Shown piece by piece: positions 1 through 10,450 of a stretch of 64,000 nucleotides of DNA (position 1 is the first letter of the stretch; each line of letters begins with the position of its first letter). Made by a program: the position numbers and the translations under genes. The notes under the pieces are model-generated. The model did not search any database, was not told the origin of the DNA, and saw only the letters and a list, made by a program, of their open reading frames with translations. The stretch comes from an uncultured Lysobacterales bacterium. GTDB lineage: Bacteria; Pseudomonadota; Gammaproteobacteria; Xanthomonadales; SZUA-36. The stretch is taken from contig CALDVW010000029.1 in assembly GCA_937924405.1 (NCBI GenBank), positions 5,390-69,389 on the forward strand, written 5' to 3'.

Positions 1-405
1 CGCATTGTCGACCTGGCCCTGTTCGCTGCCGGCGGTCAGCAAATGGACCTCCTGACCATGATCGGTTTCGTGATTTTGCTCGGACTGGTCGTCAATAACG
101 CGATCCTGTTGGTGTATCGTGCGCGCGATGCCGAACAGGAAGGTATGAGCCGGCGCGACGCCGTGGAAAGTGCCGTCCGCTTGCGCCTGAGGCCCATCCT
201 GATGAGCACGACAACCAGTATTTTCGGCATGTTGCCATTAATGCTGATGCCCGGAGCCGGCACCGAACTGTATCGGGGGATGGCGGCGGTTATCGTGGGT
301 GGTATGCTGGTCAGTACGCTATTCACGTTAGTCCTGCTGCCCAGTCTGCTGAGAATGAATGAAGAACTGAATCCGGCGGCCAACCTCGTGCCGGAAGCAG
401 TATGA
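1..405 (+). CDS. RND (AcrB/HAE1-type) efflux permease, C-terminal fragment; the gene starts upstream of the window
   Basis: Frame 1 is open from the window edge. The C-terminal TM segments (...VILLGLVVNNAILLV..., ...STTTSIFGMLPLMLMPG...AVIVGGMLVSTLFTLVLLPSL) are typical of RND inner-membrane pumps. Confidence 0.85.
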   Translation, partial: RIVDLALFAAGGQQMDLLTMIGFVILLGLVVNNAILLVYRARDAEQEGMSRRDAVESAVRLRLRPILMSTTTSIFGMLPLMLMPGAGTELYRGMAAVIVGGMLVSTLFTLVLLPSLLRMNEELNPAANLVPEAV

Positions 406-408
406 GAC

Positions 409-1479
409 ATGAGAATGATTAATTCGAACCCTCTAGCAAAAGCCGGGCTGATCTGTGCAATGGTCACTTTATGGGCCGTTTTTCCATGCCTTTTGCAGGC
501 GCAGATGGATGGTCCCGCCCTGGTGAAGATTGCAGTGGCCAGCATCAAGGACATTGCTCCGGTAACCATGGTGCCCGGAACGGTCGTCAGCCGAAACGAC
601 GCCAGGCTTTCAGCGGAGGTTACCGGCAGGCTCATATCGGTGGCGGATGTTGGAACCGAGGTCCTGAAGGGTGAGCCCGTGGCGGTGATCGAGGACACCA
701 TGCTTCAATTGCAGAATGTTGAACTTCAGGCACAGATAACACGTGCCGAAGCCCGGCTGCGTTTTCTCGAAAGCGAGGAAAAGCGGTTCACTCAATTGGA
801 GCAGTCAAACCTGGCGGCTGCCACCCAGTTGGAACAGACACGTTCCGACCGGGACGTGGCTCGCGGTGACCTGGCCGTAGCCCGGGCAAGGCTTGAACAG
901 AACCGGGACCAACTGGCCAGGACGAAGATTATGGCGCCCTATGACGGTATCGTGGTCGCCAGGTTGAAGACGCCGGGCGAGCGGGTAGAAGAAGGCAGCA
1001 ATGTAATCCGGCTTGTGGACCAGGAGAACCTGGAAATCATTGCCCGTGCGCCATTGGAATATTTCAGATTTGTCGAGCCGGGACAACTGCTTGATCTGCG
1101 AACCAGTTCGCAATCGGTTTTAGGTGAAGTGCGAACCGTTGTCGCGGTTGGCGATGAGAGTACCCACCAGTTCGAGATTCGTGTCGATCTTGAGGGTAGT
1201 CTATTTCCAGTCGGTCAAACCATTCGGGTTTCCATTCCTACTTCCGACTCCCGTGAAGTATTGACCGTGCCGAGGGATGCGCTTGTGCTGAGGCCCGAAG
1301 GCCAGAGTGTTTTCGTGGTGGATACAAACAACCAGGCGCAACAGGTAAAGGTGACGGTTGGTGTGGGCCAGGGCGAACATGTTGAAATTCTGGGTGCAGT
1401 TTCGCCGGGCGATAGGGTAGTGACCCGTGGTAATGAACGACTGCAGCCAGGCCAGGCAGTCAATGTCATGGACGGTTGA
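409..1479 (+). CDS. RND efflux periplasmic adaptor (membrane fusion protein, HlyD/AcrA family)
   Basis: 356 aa with an N-terminal anchor, a coiled-coil hairpin region (RAEARLRFLESEEKRF...DLAVARARLEQNRDQLART) and a beta-rich C-terminus. It starts 4 nt after the RND stop codon. Confidence 0.85.
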   Translation: MRMINSNPLAKAGLICAMVTLWAVFPCLLQAQMDGPALVKIAVASIKDIAPVTMVPGTVVSRNDARLSAEVTGRLISVADVGTEVLKGEPVAVIEDTMLQLQNVELQAQITRAEARLRFLESEEKRFTQLEQSNLAAATQLEQTRSDRDVARGDLAVARARLEQNRDQLARTKIMAPYDGIVVARLKTPGERVEEGSNVIRLVDQENLEIIARAPLEYFRFVEPGQLLDLRTSSQSVLGEVRTVVAVGDESTHQFEIRVDLEGSLFPVGQTIRVSIPTSDSREVLTVPRDALVLRPEGQSVFVVDTNNQAQQVKVTVGVGQGEHVEILGAVSPGDRVVTRGNERLQPGQAVNVMDG

Positions 1480-2780
1480 TGCCCGCAGCGGCTCAAGCTT
1501 CCAAAATGAGTAATTTTCTCGAGCGCCTGGTTCGGGTTGAGCATGGTGAATGGCCCCGCCTGGCCATCGCTTTTTTCTACTTTTTCTTTCTACTTGGCGG
1601 CTACTTCATGTTGCGGCCGTTGCGCGGCGCCGTTGCGGCGAACAACAGCGAGATTCTCCATTGGCTTTACACCGGGACTTTTCTGGCCATGCTGCTGATT
1701 GTGCCCGTGTTTGGTTACCTGGTTTCACGCTTCAGGCGTGGACAATTCATTCCCGCCATCTACCTGTTTTTCATCTCCCAACTGGTCTTTTTTGCGCTGG
1801 GTTTCAAGGACGACGCGACGCCCTTATGGATGCAGCGTGCCTTCTACGTCTGGCTGAGCGTATTCAACCTGTTCGTGGTATCTGTCTTCTGGAGTTTCAT
1901 GGCGGATATCTTCCGTCCGGGCCAGGCGCAACGGCTGTTCGGTTTCATCATGGCTGGCGGAAGTATCGGCGCCATTATCGCGCCGTCGATTACCAAAGCG
2001 GTGGTGCCCGGCTACGGCGCGACGGGCGTCATGTTGATGGCTTCCGTTTTCCTGGCAATTGCAACGCTGCTGGCGGTTTTTCTTGGGCGGTATACACGGC
2101 ACCAGCGACACGACCAGCCCACCGAAGTCATTGGCGGAGGCATCTGGGAAGGGGCGATTCATGTGTTCCGGTCGGAGTATTTGCTTTATGCCTGCCTCCT
2201 GATGCTGCTGCATAACCTGACATCAACCTTTCTTTTCAACGGGCTGGCCGTGCTGGTGAACGAACATATTGCCGGCTTCGATGAACGCACGACGTTTTTC
2301 AGCCATGTTGACCAGGTAGTGCAGGTGCTGGCGTTTCTTTTCCAGTTTTTCATCACTTCACGACTGGTCAGCTACCTGGGTATGTCGCGCACCCTGGTCA
2401 TCATTCCTGCTTTGCTGGCCGGCGGATTCGTGATCCTTGGCAGTTCGGTCGGCTTGGTTCTTTTTGCCGCGGTGCAAGTGGCTCAGCGATCGCTGAATTA
2501 CGGTGTGCTGGGCCCGGTCAAGGAGATGCTGTTCACCGTGGTTGAGCGGGAAACCAAGTACAAGAGTAAAAACTTCATCGATACAGCGGTTTACCGGGGC
2601 AGCGATGTAACAGCCAGCTGGATTTTCAAAGGCCTGACCACGATTGGCCTGTCCATATCCCAGATCGCCTGGGTCTATCTGCCGGTGCTGGGCTTGTGGG
2701 GTTTTGGGGCCTGGCGCCTGGGTAAAATTTATACGGGTTTGAGAGCTAACCTGCCGCCGGAAGAAAACGGGGCCCCTTAG
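1476..2780 (+). CDS. Polytopic MFS-type transporter, TLC/Npt (ATP:ADP antiporter-like) family
   Basis: 434 aa with about 11-12 hydrophobic segments. The N-terminal pattern ...FFLLGGYFMLRPLRGAV... resembles Npt/TLC-like MFS proteins. ATGA start/stop overlap with the adaptor gene. Confidence 0.6.
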   Translation: MMPAAAQASKMSNFLERLVRVEHGEWPRLAIAFFYFFFLLGGYFMLRPLRGAVAANNSEILHWLYTGTFLAMLLIVPVFGYLVSRFRRGQFIPAIYLFFISQLVFFALGFKDDATPLWMQRAFYVWLSVFNLFVVSVFWSFMADIFRPGQAQRLFGFIMAGGSIGAIIAPSITKAVVPGYGATGVMLMASVFLAIATLLAVFLGRYTRHQRHDQPTEVIGGGIWEGAIHVFRSEYLLYACLLMLLHNLTSTFLFNGLAVLVNEHIAGFDERTTFFSHVDQVVQVLAFLFQFFITSRLVSYLGMSRTLVIIPALLAGGFVILGSSVGLVLFAAVQVAQRSLNYGVLGPVKEMLFTVVERETKYKSKNFIDTAVYRGSDVTASWIFKGLTTIGLSISQIAWVYLPVLGLWGFGAWRLGKIYTGLRANLPPEENGAP

Positions 2781-3519
2781 GGCTATCCAGCCTTTCAACC
2801 GGGCAGTTGTATAGTTTTTCCAGGCTGGATTCGTTCAACATCTCGCTGCAGGTGCCGGCGCACCAGTCTCCATTTCCGAACAGCATGAGGATGTGACTGC
2901 AATACCGTGCGGCCAGGTTAATATCGTGCAAGGCGGCGAAAGCCGAATGACACTCACTTTCTGTCTTTTCCTGAACCATGTTCATGATTCGTATCTGGTG
3001 CCTGAGGTCCAGATGGTTGGTGGGCTCGTCCAATAACATGATATCGGGCTGCTGCACCAACAGAGTCGCAAAGGCCAGCCTGCGGGCTTCTCCGCCTGAA
3101 AGGCCGGTTACGCTGCGCGTTGAAAAGCCTTCAAGATCCACAGCGGAAAGGGCGTTTGCCGCCTTTTCAAGGTCTTTCGCCCCCTCCCTTTGCCAGTAAG
3201 CCAGGTGCGGGTGACGGCCGGTCAGGGCCGTTTGCATAACACTCGAATCGAACACGTACACGGTGTGTTGCTGGAGCATACCAATGTGGCGGGCCAGCAA
3301 TTTTCTTGGTAGTCCCTGAATGTCCCGTGATTCCAGCAGGATCTGGCCATGAGCGGGTTCATCGAGTCCGGCCAGACATTTCATAAGAGTCGTTTTGCCG
3401 ATACCGTTAGGGCCCAGCAATCCCCAGAACTGACCCGGCTTGAGGTCCAGGTCGAGGTGATTGGCCACCTGGATGCCCGCTATCGTGACACTCACGTTTT
3501 TGCAGCTTAGTACGCTCAC
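2746..3519 (-). CDS. ABC transporter ATP-binding protein, FecE/BtuD/HmuV type (iron-siderophore/heme/cobalamin import)
   Basis: Walker A GPNGIGKTT, signature LSGGE and Walker B IMLLDEPTNHLD. It lies immediately downstream of a FecCD-type permease. Confidence 0.85.
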   Translation of the reverse strand: MSVLSCKNVSVTIAGIQVANHLDLDLKPGQFWGLLGPNGIGKTTLMKCLAGLDEPAHGQILLESRDIQGLPRKLLARHIGMLQQHTVYVFDSSVMQTALTGRHPHLAYWQREGAKDLEKAANALSAVDLEGFSTRSVTGLSGGEARRLAFATLLVQQPDIMLLDEPTNHLDLRHQIRIMNMVQEKTESECHSAFAALHDINLAARYCSHILMLFGNGDWCAGTCSEMLNESSLEKLYNCPVERLDSPKGPRFLPAAG

Positions 3520-3529
3520 GGCTTCACGA

Positions 3530-4513
3530 TCATTGTTTGACCCGGGCGCGGTTCAGCAGAAGAAGAAACAGGGGTACACCCAGCAAAGCGGTGACCACGC
3601 CGACCGGCAATTGCCTGGGAGCCAGCACCGTCCTGGCGAGGGTATCGGAAAGTACCAGGAACAGACCACCGAACATCGCAGCTGCCGGCAGCAGCACGCG
3701 GTGGTCGGAACCGACCAGCAACCTCATCAGGTGCGGCACGATCAGGCCCACGAAACCAATATTTCCTGCGATGGACACCGCGGTCGCCGTGAGCACGGAA
3801 GCCAACAGGTAAACCAGCCAGAGCAACTTTCTGGTCGGCTCTCCCAGCAGGCGCGCTGTAGTCTCTCCCATGGCCAGAACGTTAAGGCTCCTGGCCATCC
3901 CCAGGCAGATGAAAAAGATGAACAATAATATGACCAGCGCCCAGTATGGAAGTCTGGCATAGCTCAGATCGCCGATGAGCCAGAAGAGCATTCCGCGTAG
4001 ACTTCCGTCAGGCCCGAGGGTCAGTAAAAGGCTAATCAGAGCCGCCCAACCCGACGCGGTCACGACTCCGGTCAGCAGAAGCCTGGTTCCACTCCAGGGC
4101 CCTTCACCCCGCGCCAGGCTGAATACAATCAGGATCGAAATCAGGGCGCCGGCCCAGGCCAGTGCGGGTATCATTCCTGCAGATATTCCAATGGTCATCC
4201 CGAACAATGCGGCAAATGAAGCACCTCCGGAAACACCCAGGATGTAAGGGTCAGCCAGCGGGTTTCGCAACAGAACCTGCATCAGGCAGCCGGAAAGCGA
4301 AAGCAGTGCGCCGACCGTCCAGGCAGCGGCTGCGCGAGGTAAACGCAGGCGCCAGACCAGTTCCCCGAGGTCCGATGCCGGGTTGGAGATCGCGCTTGCC
4401 CACTGGCTCCAGTCCAGCATGACCGATCCAGTTGCCGAAGCAATGGCAATACTTGCCGCGGAAAGCAGGAAAAGCCCAAAAAACAGCAGGCGTCTGTATG
4501 CTGTTGGCATCAT
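3530..4513 (-). CDS. FecCD/BtuC-family ABC import permease
   Basis: 327 aa, polytopic. Family-typical stretches: ...[25 protein letters not shown]... and ...[23 protein letters not shown]... Confidence 0.85.
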   Translation of the reverse strand: MMPTAYRRLLFFGLFLLSAASIAIASATGSVMLDWSQWASAISNPASDLGELVWRLRLPRAAAAWTVGALLSLSGCLMQVLLRNPLADPYILGVSGGASFAALFGMTIGISAGMIPALAWAGALISILIVFSLARGEGPWSGTRLLLTGVVTASGWAALISLLLTLGPDGSLRGMLFWLIGDLSYARLPYWALVILLFIFFICLGMARSLNVLAMGETTARLLGEPTRKLLWLVYLLASVLTATAVSIAGNIGFVGLIVPHLMRLLVGSDHRVLLPAAAMFGGLFLVLSDTLARTVLAPRQLPVGVVTALLGVPLFLLLLNRARVKQ

Positions 4514-4592
4514 CAGGAAGAAACGATTAACATTCCAGATTCAGGAAAACGGAAGTATCACATGCCCCAATCGAGGCAGGCAAGCAGAAGAA

Positions 4593-5081
4593 ATGATCGA
4601 TCCTGACGGCTACAGACCCAATGTTGCGATTGTTCTGATGAACAACGACCGGCGTGTTTTTTGGGCGCAACGCTCAAACAATGACGGCTGGCAGTTTCCG
4701 CAAGGTGGAATGCACACTGACGAAACACCGCTTGAAGCCATGTATCGGGAGCTGAGGGAAGAAACCGGGCTGACCCCCGACCTGGTTGAACTGATCGGTT
4801 CCACGCCCGGTTGGCTGCGTTATCGTCTGCCGCGCCGGTACCGGCGTCATTACAGCAAACCATTGTGTATCGGACAGAAGCAGGTCTGGTTTCTGTTGCG
4901 TTTTCTTGGAAGTGAGTCGTCATTCAGTCTCGATAGCTGCGATGAACCTGAATTTTGCACTTATAAATGGGTGGATTTCTGGTACCCGGTGGAAAACGTC
5001 GTGATGTTCAAACGCAGTGTCTATCAAAAGGCCCTTTCATTACTCGAACCGATGGCCAACTCCCACAATAGCACTTCCTAA
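4593..5081 (+). CDS. rppH: RNA pyrophosphohydrolase (Nudix hydrolase)
   Basis: The N-terminus [15 protein letters not shown] and Nudix box [23 protein letters not shown] match RppH/NudH. The track ORF from 4383 is an upstream extension that overlaps the divergent permease, so the internal ATG at 4593 was chosen. Confidence 0.85.
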   Translation: MIDPDGYRPNVAIVLMNNDRRVFWAQRSNNDGWQFPQGGMHTDETPLEAMYRELREETGLTPDLVELIGSTPGWLRYRLPRRYRRHYSKPLCIGQKQVWFLLRFLGSESSFSLDSCDEPEFCTYKWVDFWYPVENVVMFKRSVYQKALSLLEPMANSHNSTS

Positions 5082-7363
5082 AATCCGAATTTTGCTCCCA
5101 GCATGAAGGTTCGTGGCTTGTTCGGGCGTGCTCCGTAAGGATCGCGGGCGGCGATATAGATTTCATCGGTCAGGTTCTCGGCTACGGCGTACAACTCCCA
5201 GCTGTCATTAATCCGGTAGTGGGTGGAAAAGTCGAACAGGAGCGCAGATTCCGTTTTCTCATAGCGGCCGCAACTGGCCTCGGTGCAGACTGCCCCGACG
5301 TAGTTGCCACTCAGGTGGAAGGACCAGGGCCCTTTAATCGCCCCCAGTGAAGCCCACAGCTGATTTTCAGGAACATAGGGCACAGGGTCGCCCTTGTTCA
5401 CATTGCCGAAGAAGTCCGAATCGAAACTGGTCTGAAATTCCGCTTTCATCCAGGTATAAACCACCTGGATCGGGACTTCCCAGCCGGATTGGGATTCGAA
5501 GGCAATGCTGTAGGTAAACTCCAGGCCGGGAATATGAACTCCGTCGCCATTGAAGGCGTCACCCGGGTTGCAGTCGCCGCCGGAAGAATTGGTACAAACG
5601 CCCACGAGGTTTTCATAATCATTGAAAAAGAACAGCGCTTCCAGGCTGCTGCGACCACTATCGTGTCTGACACCCAGTTCGTAGTTGATGCTCTCCTCCG
5701 GGTCGACACCAGGGGCATTGGTGGGCGTGGAGAATCCTTTGTGAATTCCGGCCACGATACGCGTGGTCGGATTCAGTTCGTACAGCGCACCCATGCCCGG
5801 AAGCCAGATATCCACTTTGTTTTCACGGGAATCGCGGTAGTTGTCAGGGTCGCGGCTGGCGGGGTCATCGCTCCCCGTGTTCCAACGGATACGGCTCAAA
5901 TCAATGTTCTCATAGCGTAAACCTGGTGTCAGTGTCCATGAATCCCATTCAATCCGGTCGTATACATAGGCAGCCCAGGCGCTCGCGTCCTGGACCCGGT
6001 TTCCGGCATTTCCTTCCAGTCCCATTTCGTTGAGCGTCAATTGGCCGTTGAGTTGCTGATAATTGTCGTTGCGCTGCAGCCGGTCTTCCTGGTCTTCGTG
6101 ATAGCGCAGCCCGGCCTGGAGATTATGAAATGCCGAACCGCTGCTGATCGTGGTATCGAACATCATCTGGATTCCCCGGGAATAGTATTCCCGCGAGTTG
6201 TTGCGCAACTGAATCGAGCCTGCGGGCGTGTCGGCACCATCCAGGATGGCCTGGAGTTCAGTAGCAGTAAAGTCACCGAGTGATTCACCGCGGTTAACAG
6301 CTGTAATGATATGGGACCAACTGGTTCGCTGGAACGACTGTGGGTCATCGCTACCGTCGAGATCCATCCCTTCCGTCTTGTACCAGGCTCTCTCCGTATT
6401 GTTGCTGTAACCGGTAATGGTCAGGCCGGAACCGGTTTGGGTCTCCAACCGCCAGGTCAGCACCACCTGATCGTGTTCGTTCTGCATTTCGTCCACTAAC
6501 GAGGCCCCATACCTGCGCAGACCGTTTCGCGCAAAGTCCGCATCAACCAGACCCAGGTAGCTCTGTTGTGAGTTCTCATCCGAATACTGAAGCTTGATGT
6601 CGAACTGCTGGTACAAGCGTGCGGCCGGGTCCGAGCTGAAGCTTAATTTCGCCAGGTAATCCCGCTTATCCAGCCCGGTCTTGGCGTTGCTTCTGTCAAT
6701 TTCCTGGAAGCCGTCGGAGCGCCACTGATGTGTTTCTACCATGAACCGGGCCCGTTCACTGCCACCGCCGTACCATCCATGTACCCGCCAGGTCGTTTCT
6801 GAACCAATTTCGCCCTGGATGAATCCCCTGTTGCGTTGTGGTATCGGGGTGGAAGTCATGTTGATTGCGCCGCCAACGGTGGAGGGGCCCTGCGTGATGG
6901 ACGCCGGGCCCTTAAGTACCTCCACCGAATGGATGCGCCCAAACGTAGGAAAGTAGTACGCCGAGGAGGCAGCGTAGGGCGCGGGCGCAATCAAAACACT
7001 ATCTTCCATCAGGGTGATCCGGCTGCTGCGCTCGGTCGCCGTACCCCGGATGCTGATATTGGGGCGCAGCGCCCAGCCGTCTTCAATCTGCAGCGATACG
7101 CCCGGCACCCGGCGCAAGGCCCGGACCACGTCCGTTGTTTCGAATTCCTCAAGATCGTCGGGCGTTACGACACTGGCGCCTCCGGCTACGTCTCGGGCAG
7201 TCTGTGCCCGGCCAAATATCGTAATGGGCTCGAGCTGGGCGCATTCAAGGCCACTTTCACTGCCATCGCGTTGTGACGGATCATCGCATTGCGCCAATGC
7301 GCTCATCGGAGAGACCAGCATCAAAACCAACACTCCGATATAAAAAATGTACATCAATTCCAA
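5078..7363 (-). CDS. TonB-dependent outer-membrane receptor (probably iron-regulated)
   Basis: 761 aa with a signal peptide, plug motifs (...[23 protein letters not shown]...) and a barrel ending ...FMLGAKFGF. Fur-like boxes lie in its upstream region. Confidence 0.9.
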   Translation of the reverse strand: MELMYIFYIGVLVLMLVSPMSALAQCDDPSQRDGSESGLECAQLEPITIFGRAQTARDVAGGASVVTPDDLEEFETTDVVRALRRVPGVSLQIEDGWALRPNISIRGTATERSSRITLMEDSVLIAPAPYAASSAYYFPTFGRIHSVEVLKGPASITQGPSTVGGAINMTSTPIPQRNRGFIQGEIGSETTWRVHGWYGGGSERARFMVETHQWRSDGFQEIDRSNAKTGLDKRDYLAKLSFSSDPAARLYQQFDIKLQYSDENSQQSYLGLVDADFARNGLRRYGASLVDEMQNEHDQVVLTWRLETQTGSGLTITGYSNNTERAWYKTEGMDLDGSDDPQSFQRTSWSHIITAVNRGESLGDFTATELQAILDGADTPAGSIQLRNNSREYYSRGIQMMFDTTISSGSAFHNLQAGLRYHEDQEDRLQRNDNYQQLNGQLTLNEMGLEGNAGNRVQDASAWAAYVYDRIEWDSWTLTPGLRYENIDLSRIRWNTGSDDPASRDPDNYRDSRENKVDIWLPGMGALYELNPTTRIVAGIHKGFSTPTNAPGVDPEESINYELGVRHDSGRSSLEALFFFNDYENLVGVCTNSSGGDCNPGDAFNGDGVHIPGLEFTYSIAFESQSGWEVPIQVVYTWMKAEFQTSFDSDFFGNVNKGDPVPYVPENQLWASLGAIKGPWSFHLSGNYVGAVCTEASCGRYEKTESALLFDFSTHYRINDSWELYAVAENLTDEIYIAARDPYGARPNKPRTFMLGAKFGF

Positions 7364-7393
7364 CTCCTCGTAACTGTCCCGATTATTTTTCTA

Positions 7394-7412
7394 AATAAGA
7401 ATGGTTCTTATT
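7394..7412. promoter_or_regulatory. 19-bp perfect palindrome AATAAGAATGGTTCTTATT, a possible Fur-type operator for the receptor gene
   Basis: An 8-bp inverted repeat with a 3-nt spacer, 31 nt upstream of the receptor start. AT-rich and Fur-box-like, matching 11 of 19 positions of GATAATGATAATCATTATC. Confidence 0.4.
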
Positions 7413-7446
7413 TGTGAAACGGATTGTATAGGTGCTTTATGCAATT

Positions 7447-7465
7447 GACAATCATTCTCATTTGC
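7447..7465. promoter_or_regulatory. Fur box overlapping a sigma70-like promoter of bfd
   Basis: GACAATCATTCTCATTTGC matches 13 of 19 positions of the Fur consensus. It overlaps TTGACA (7445-7450) and sits upstream of TATGAT (7469-7474), 53 nt before the bfd ATG. Confidence 0.6.
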
Positions 7466-7517
7466 ATTTATGATCTGGATCAATTACTTGATCAACGTTA
7501 TTCATTAGGCTGGATTC

Positions 7518-7736
7518 ATGTTCATTTGTGTTTGTCATGCAGTAACGGATTCCGCTATTCGCCAGGCGGTAGGTGAAGGCGCCAACAGCTTCAGGGATCT
7601 TAGTTTCAGCACCGGATGTGGCACCCAATGCGGCAGCTGCGTGAAGCTGGCCCGTGAAGTCATGGACGCAGCGTTGACAGGTCAGGGTTCCCCGAAATCT
7701 GCCGTTAAGCTTCAGTTAATGGCTTCAAATTCCTGA
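7518..7736 (+). CDS. bfd: Bacterioferritin-associated ferredoxin (BFD-like [2Fe-2S])
   Basis: 72 aa with the Cys pattern MFICVCH...GCGTQCGSC. Located directly upstream of bfr. Confidence 0.85.
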   Translation: MFICVCHAVTDSAIRQAVGEGANSFRDLSFSTGCGTQCGSCVKLAREVMDAALTGQGSPKSAVKLQLMASNS

Positions 7737-7830
7737 ACGATTCTCATTCCGGCAAGAAAATGATTCCTTTTGTAGAATGATCTCTCAGGGGCCTCAGAGC
7801 CCGTTCAATTTACATCTTGGAGAGTCATAA

Positions 7831-8298
7831 ATGAAAGGTGACCCTAAAGTCATTGAGTACCTCAATCGCGTTTTGCGCAATGAGTTAACCGCAATCAATC
7901 AATATTTTCTGCATTCCCGCATCTTCAAGGACTGGGGTCTCAAAGCCCTGGGTGATTATGAGTTCCAGGAGTCCGTGGATGAGATGAAACATGCAGATGG
8001 ATTGATCGAACGCATCCTGTTTCTCGAAGGACTGCCGAACATGCAGGACATCGGAAAACTGAGAATTGGTGAACATACGCGGGAAATGCTGAGTTGCGAC
8101 CTGGACCTTGAAATGGAGGCGATTCCGGATTTGAGGGAGGCCATCGAGTATTGCGAATCGTGCAAGGATTTTGTCAGCAGGGACTTGTTCGACGCCATTC
8201 TCAGCTCTGAGGAAGAACACGTAGACTGGCTCGAAACCCAGTTGGACCTGATCGAGCGCGTTGGTATCGAGAACTATCAGCAATCCCAGATGGGTTAG
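7831..8298 (+). CDS. bfr: Bacterioferritin
   Basis: 155 aa with a near-canonical N-terminus [37 protein letters not shown] and ferroxidase-centre residues (...[12 protein letters not shown]...). Confidence 0.95.
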   Translation: MKGDPKVIEYLNRVLRNELTAINQYFLHSRIFKDWGLKALGDYEFQESVDEMKHADGLIERILFLEGLPNMQDIGKLRIGEHTREMLSCDLDLEMEAIPDLREAIEYCESCKDFVSRDLFDAILSSEEEHVDWLETQLDLIERVGIENYQQSQMG

Positions 8299-8382
8299 CC
8301 GGATCGTTTTTTAAATCGGTGTTGCGGTTTCTGGCGGGTCGTGCTTGAGATATGATGCAGCAGGCCGCATTTTTGAGAAACG

Positions 8383-8934
8383 ATGTTTTCCCAGACCAGC
8401 CAACCATGCACCTTTGAACGCGACTGTGGAGTCGTGATGATCCCGCAAGGCGATGAAGTAACCATCCCGGCGGGCACGGTGGGCTATATCACGCAGGCTC
8501 TGGGCGGTAGTTTCACGGTATTTGTCGATGGCAATCTTTTTCGTGTTGCCGGTATCGACGCGGATGCGATCGGCAAAGAGCCGGTCATGCCGCCCAGTCT
8601 TCCGGAAAATGCCACCGAAGATGACGTGGAAAGACTGATCTGGGACCAGATGAAGACGGTTTACGATCCGGAAATCCCGGTGAATATCGTGGATTTGGGC
8701 TTGATCTATCGTTGCGAAATGACGAAGGATGACCATGGCGGTCGGATCATTGATGTGGAAATGACGTTGACGGCGCCAGGTTGCGGCATGGGGGATATAC
8801 TTGTTGATGATGTACGCTCCAAGCTCGAACTGGTTCCAACGGTAGAGCGGGTCAACGTGGAATTGACTTTCGAGCCGCCGTGGAATCACCACATGATGTC
8901 GGAAGTTGCACGTTTGGAGACCGGAATGTTCTAG
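8383..8934 (+). CDS. SufT-like Fe-S assembly protein (DUF59/MIP18 domain with N-terminal extension)
   Basis: The C-terminal half (...VYDPEIPVNIVDLGLIY...LTAPGCGMG...) is a DUF59 domain. The extra N-terminal domain resembles long-form SufT. Confidence 0.65.
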   Translation: MFSQTSQPCTFERDCGVVMIPQGDEVTIPAGTVGYITQALGGSFTVFVDGNLFRVAGIDADAIGKEPVMPPSLPENATEDDVERLIWDQMKTVYDPEIPVNIVDLGLIYRCEMTKDDHGGRIIDVEMTLTAPGCGMGDILVDDVRSKLELVPTVERVNVELTFEPPWNHHMMSEVARLETGMF

Positions 8935-9968
8935 AGAGTCTCGATAATTTTCTTATCGACTTTCCCGCTAAACCCGATCCGCTTGTTCATTTCCGCTGTA
9001 AGGTAAACTCTGCCGTTTTCATCGATCAGCAGCACCTTATCGAGATTCAGCGAATAAGCCACATCCTGCCATTCGCTGAGCCCGGCAACGATCAGTGCAG
9101 TGGCGGCGGCATCGGCGAGTAAACCTTCATTCGTGATCACCGTGACCGATGAGATCTCTTCAACGGGCCACCCCGTTCGGGGATCGAGAATATGCGGGTA
9201 GCGCTGGTTATTTTCCTGCCGGTATCTTTCATAATTTCCAGAAGTAAAAATCGCTTCGTCTTCACGGGATTCAACAACGCCGATGATTCCTCCGGCCGGG
9301 TCGCGTATGGCGACCCGCCACGGTCTGTCGCCGTGACGGCCGACGGCCCTCAGGTCACCGCCGGCGTTGACGATTGCATTGCTGATTCCCATTTGATCCA
9401 GTGTGTCGATGGCCAGATCAGTCGCGTAACCTTTTGCGATGCCGCCAAAGTCGAGTTGCACCGAGCGATTGCGTGTCGACATTTCCTGGCCATGTATGCG
9501 GACATCAAGGCTTGACGGATTTTGTTTCAACAGGTCTTCTATTGCGGCTTTTCCGGGTGGTGGGCCTTCGATCGGATAATCGGAGGTGTGAAATCCCCAC
9601 AGGCGGACCAGGCCACCGATCGCCGGATTGAACCGCCCCCCTGATTGCTCTTCGATCTCTTGGGAGCGCCTGGTCAGTTCCAAAATGGCCGGGTTTGCAG
9701 TGACTGCCTGTCCGGCAGCGAATGCGTCATTGATCTCAGTAAGCAAGCCGGGTTCCCAGGCGTGCCAGTCGCGGTGCATATCCTGGAACTGCGCATGCAA
9801 GCGCGCGAAGGCTTTTCGGCTCAATTGTTTATCCGCCCCCCACGTGGTGACCTCCATCAGTGTGCCGAAAACGAAAAATTCGGCATGTTGCTCACCCGGT
9901 TTCTCACTGCATGAAACCAGCCAAATACAGGCGGTAAGGGCAAGAATTTTGAGAATGGCGAGTCGCAC
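8931..9968 (-). CDS. apbE: FAD:protein FMN transferase (ApbE family lipoprotein)
   Basis: Lipobox ...WLVSC plus ApbE-typical stretches ...DFGGIAKGYATD... and ...IVNAGGDLRA... Confidence 0.85.
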   Translation of the reverse strand: MRLAILKILALTACIWLVSCSEKPGEQHAEFFVFGTLMEVTTWGADKQLSRKAFARLHAQFQDMHRDWHAWEPGLLTEINDAFAAGQAVTANPAILELTRRSQEIEEQSGGRFNPAIGGLVRLWGFHTSDYPIEGPPPGKAAIEDLLKQNPSSLDVRIHGQEMSTRNRSVQLDFGGIAKGYATDLAIDTLDQMGISNAIVNAGGDLRAVGRHGDRPWRVAIRDPAGGIIGVVESREDEAIFTSGNYERYRQENNQRYPHILDPRTGWPVEEISSVTVITNEGLLADAAATALIVAGLSEWQDVAYSLNLDKVLLIDENGRVYLTAEMNKRIGFSGKVDKKIIETL

Positions 9969-10027
9969 GACGAGAGACAGGATAGCAAATCGCCGTATTC
10001 AGGTTTGCTTTGATTCGGGTCAAATAG

Positions 10028-10450
10028 ATGAATCGAAAATACCGCTATTCTGAACTCATGGGAAGCTTAAGCGGACGATTGAAGCGAGAACACGAAACGC
10101 TCGTTTGCATGACGAAAATTTACTGCAATCACCACCATGGTTTGCAGGGTGACGGCCTGTGCGATGATTGTGCCAAATTGATGAGCTACGCTGAAAGGCG
10201 GCTCGATAAGTGCCCATACGGCGAAAAAAAACCAACCTGTGCCAACTGCCCGATTCACTGTTACAAACCGCGGCAGCGCCAGCAGGCGCGTGATGTGATG
10301 CGGTTTGCCGGACCCCGGATGACATGGCGCCATCCACTAAGGTCGCTATGCCATGTGTTGGATAAATTCCGGCGGGTCGAGCACCCCATGAAAATGCGTG
10401 CCGAGTTGCGCCGGCGGCGTGATGCCGCCGGGCAGGGTAAGGGCGCCTAG
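10028..10450 (+). CDS. Cys-rich YgbA-like protein (nitrous-oxide-stimulated promoter family)
   Basis: The pattern ...CMTKIYCNHHHG...CDDCAKL...CPYGEKKPTCANCPIHCYKP... is typical of this small family. The start may be the ATG at 10058. Confidence 0.65.
   Translation: MNRKYRYSELMGSLSGRLKREHETLVCMTKIYCNHHHGLQGDGLCDDCAKLMSYAERRLDKCPYGEKKPTCANCPIHCYKPRQRQQARDVMRFAGPRMTWRHPLRSLCHVLDKFRRVEHPMKMRAELRRRRDAAGQGKGA

Noticed and set aside
421-436. TTCGAACCC string resembling the complement of a tRNA T-arm
   Set aside because: It lies inside the adaptor-protein coding frame, and no acceptor or anticodon stems can be built around it. I found no tRNA anywhere in the window.
4383-4592. N-terminal extension of the rppH ORF; similar long extensions occur at 36918-37934 (yggS), 35524-36201 (yggT), 33707-33841 (pdxH), 48991-49068 (gap), 41640-41867 (zinc-ribbon gene) and 12250-12336 (btuB)
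   Set aside because: The extensions have no homology to the respective families. They overlap neighbouring genes or the riboswitch, and internal ATGs reproduce the canonical N-termini.
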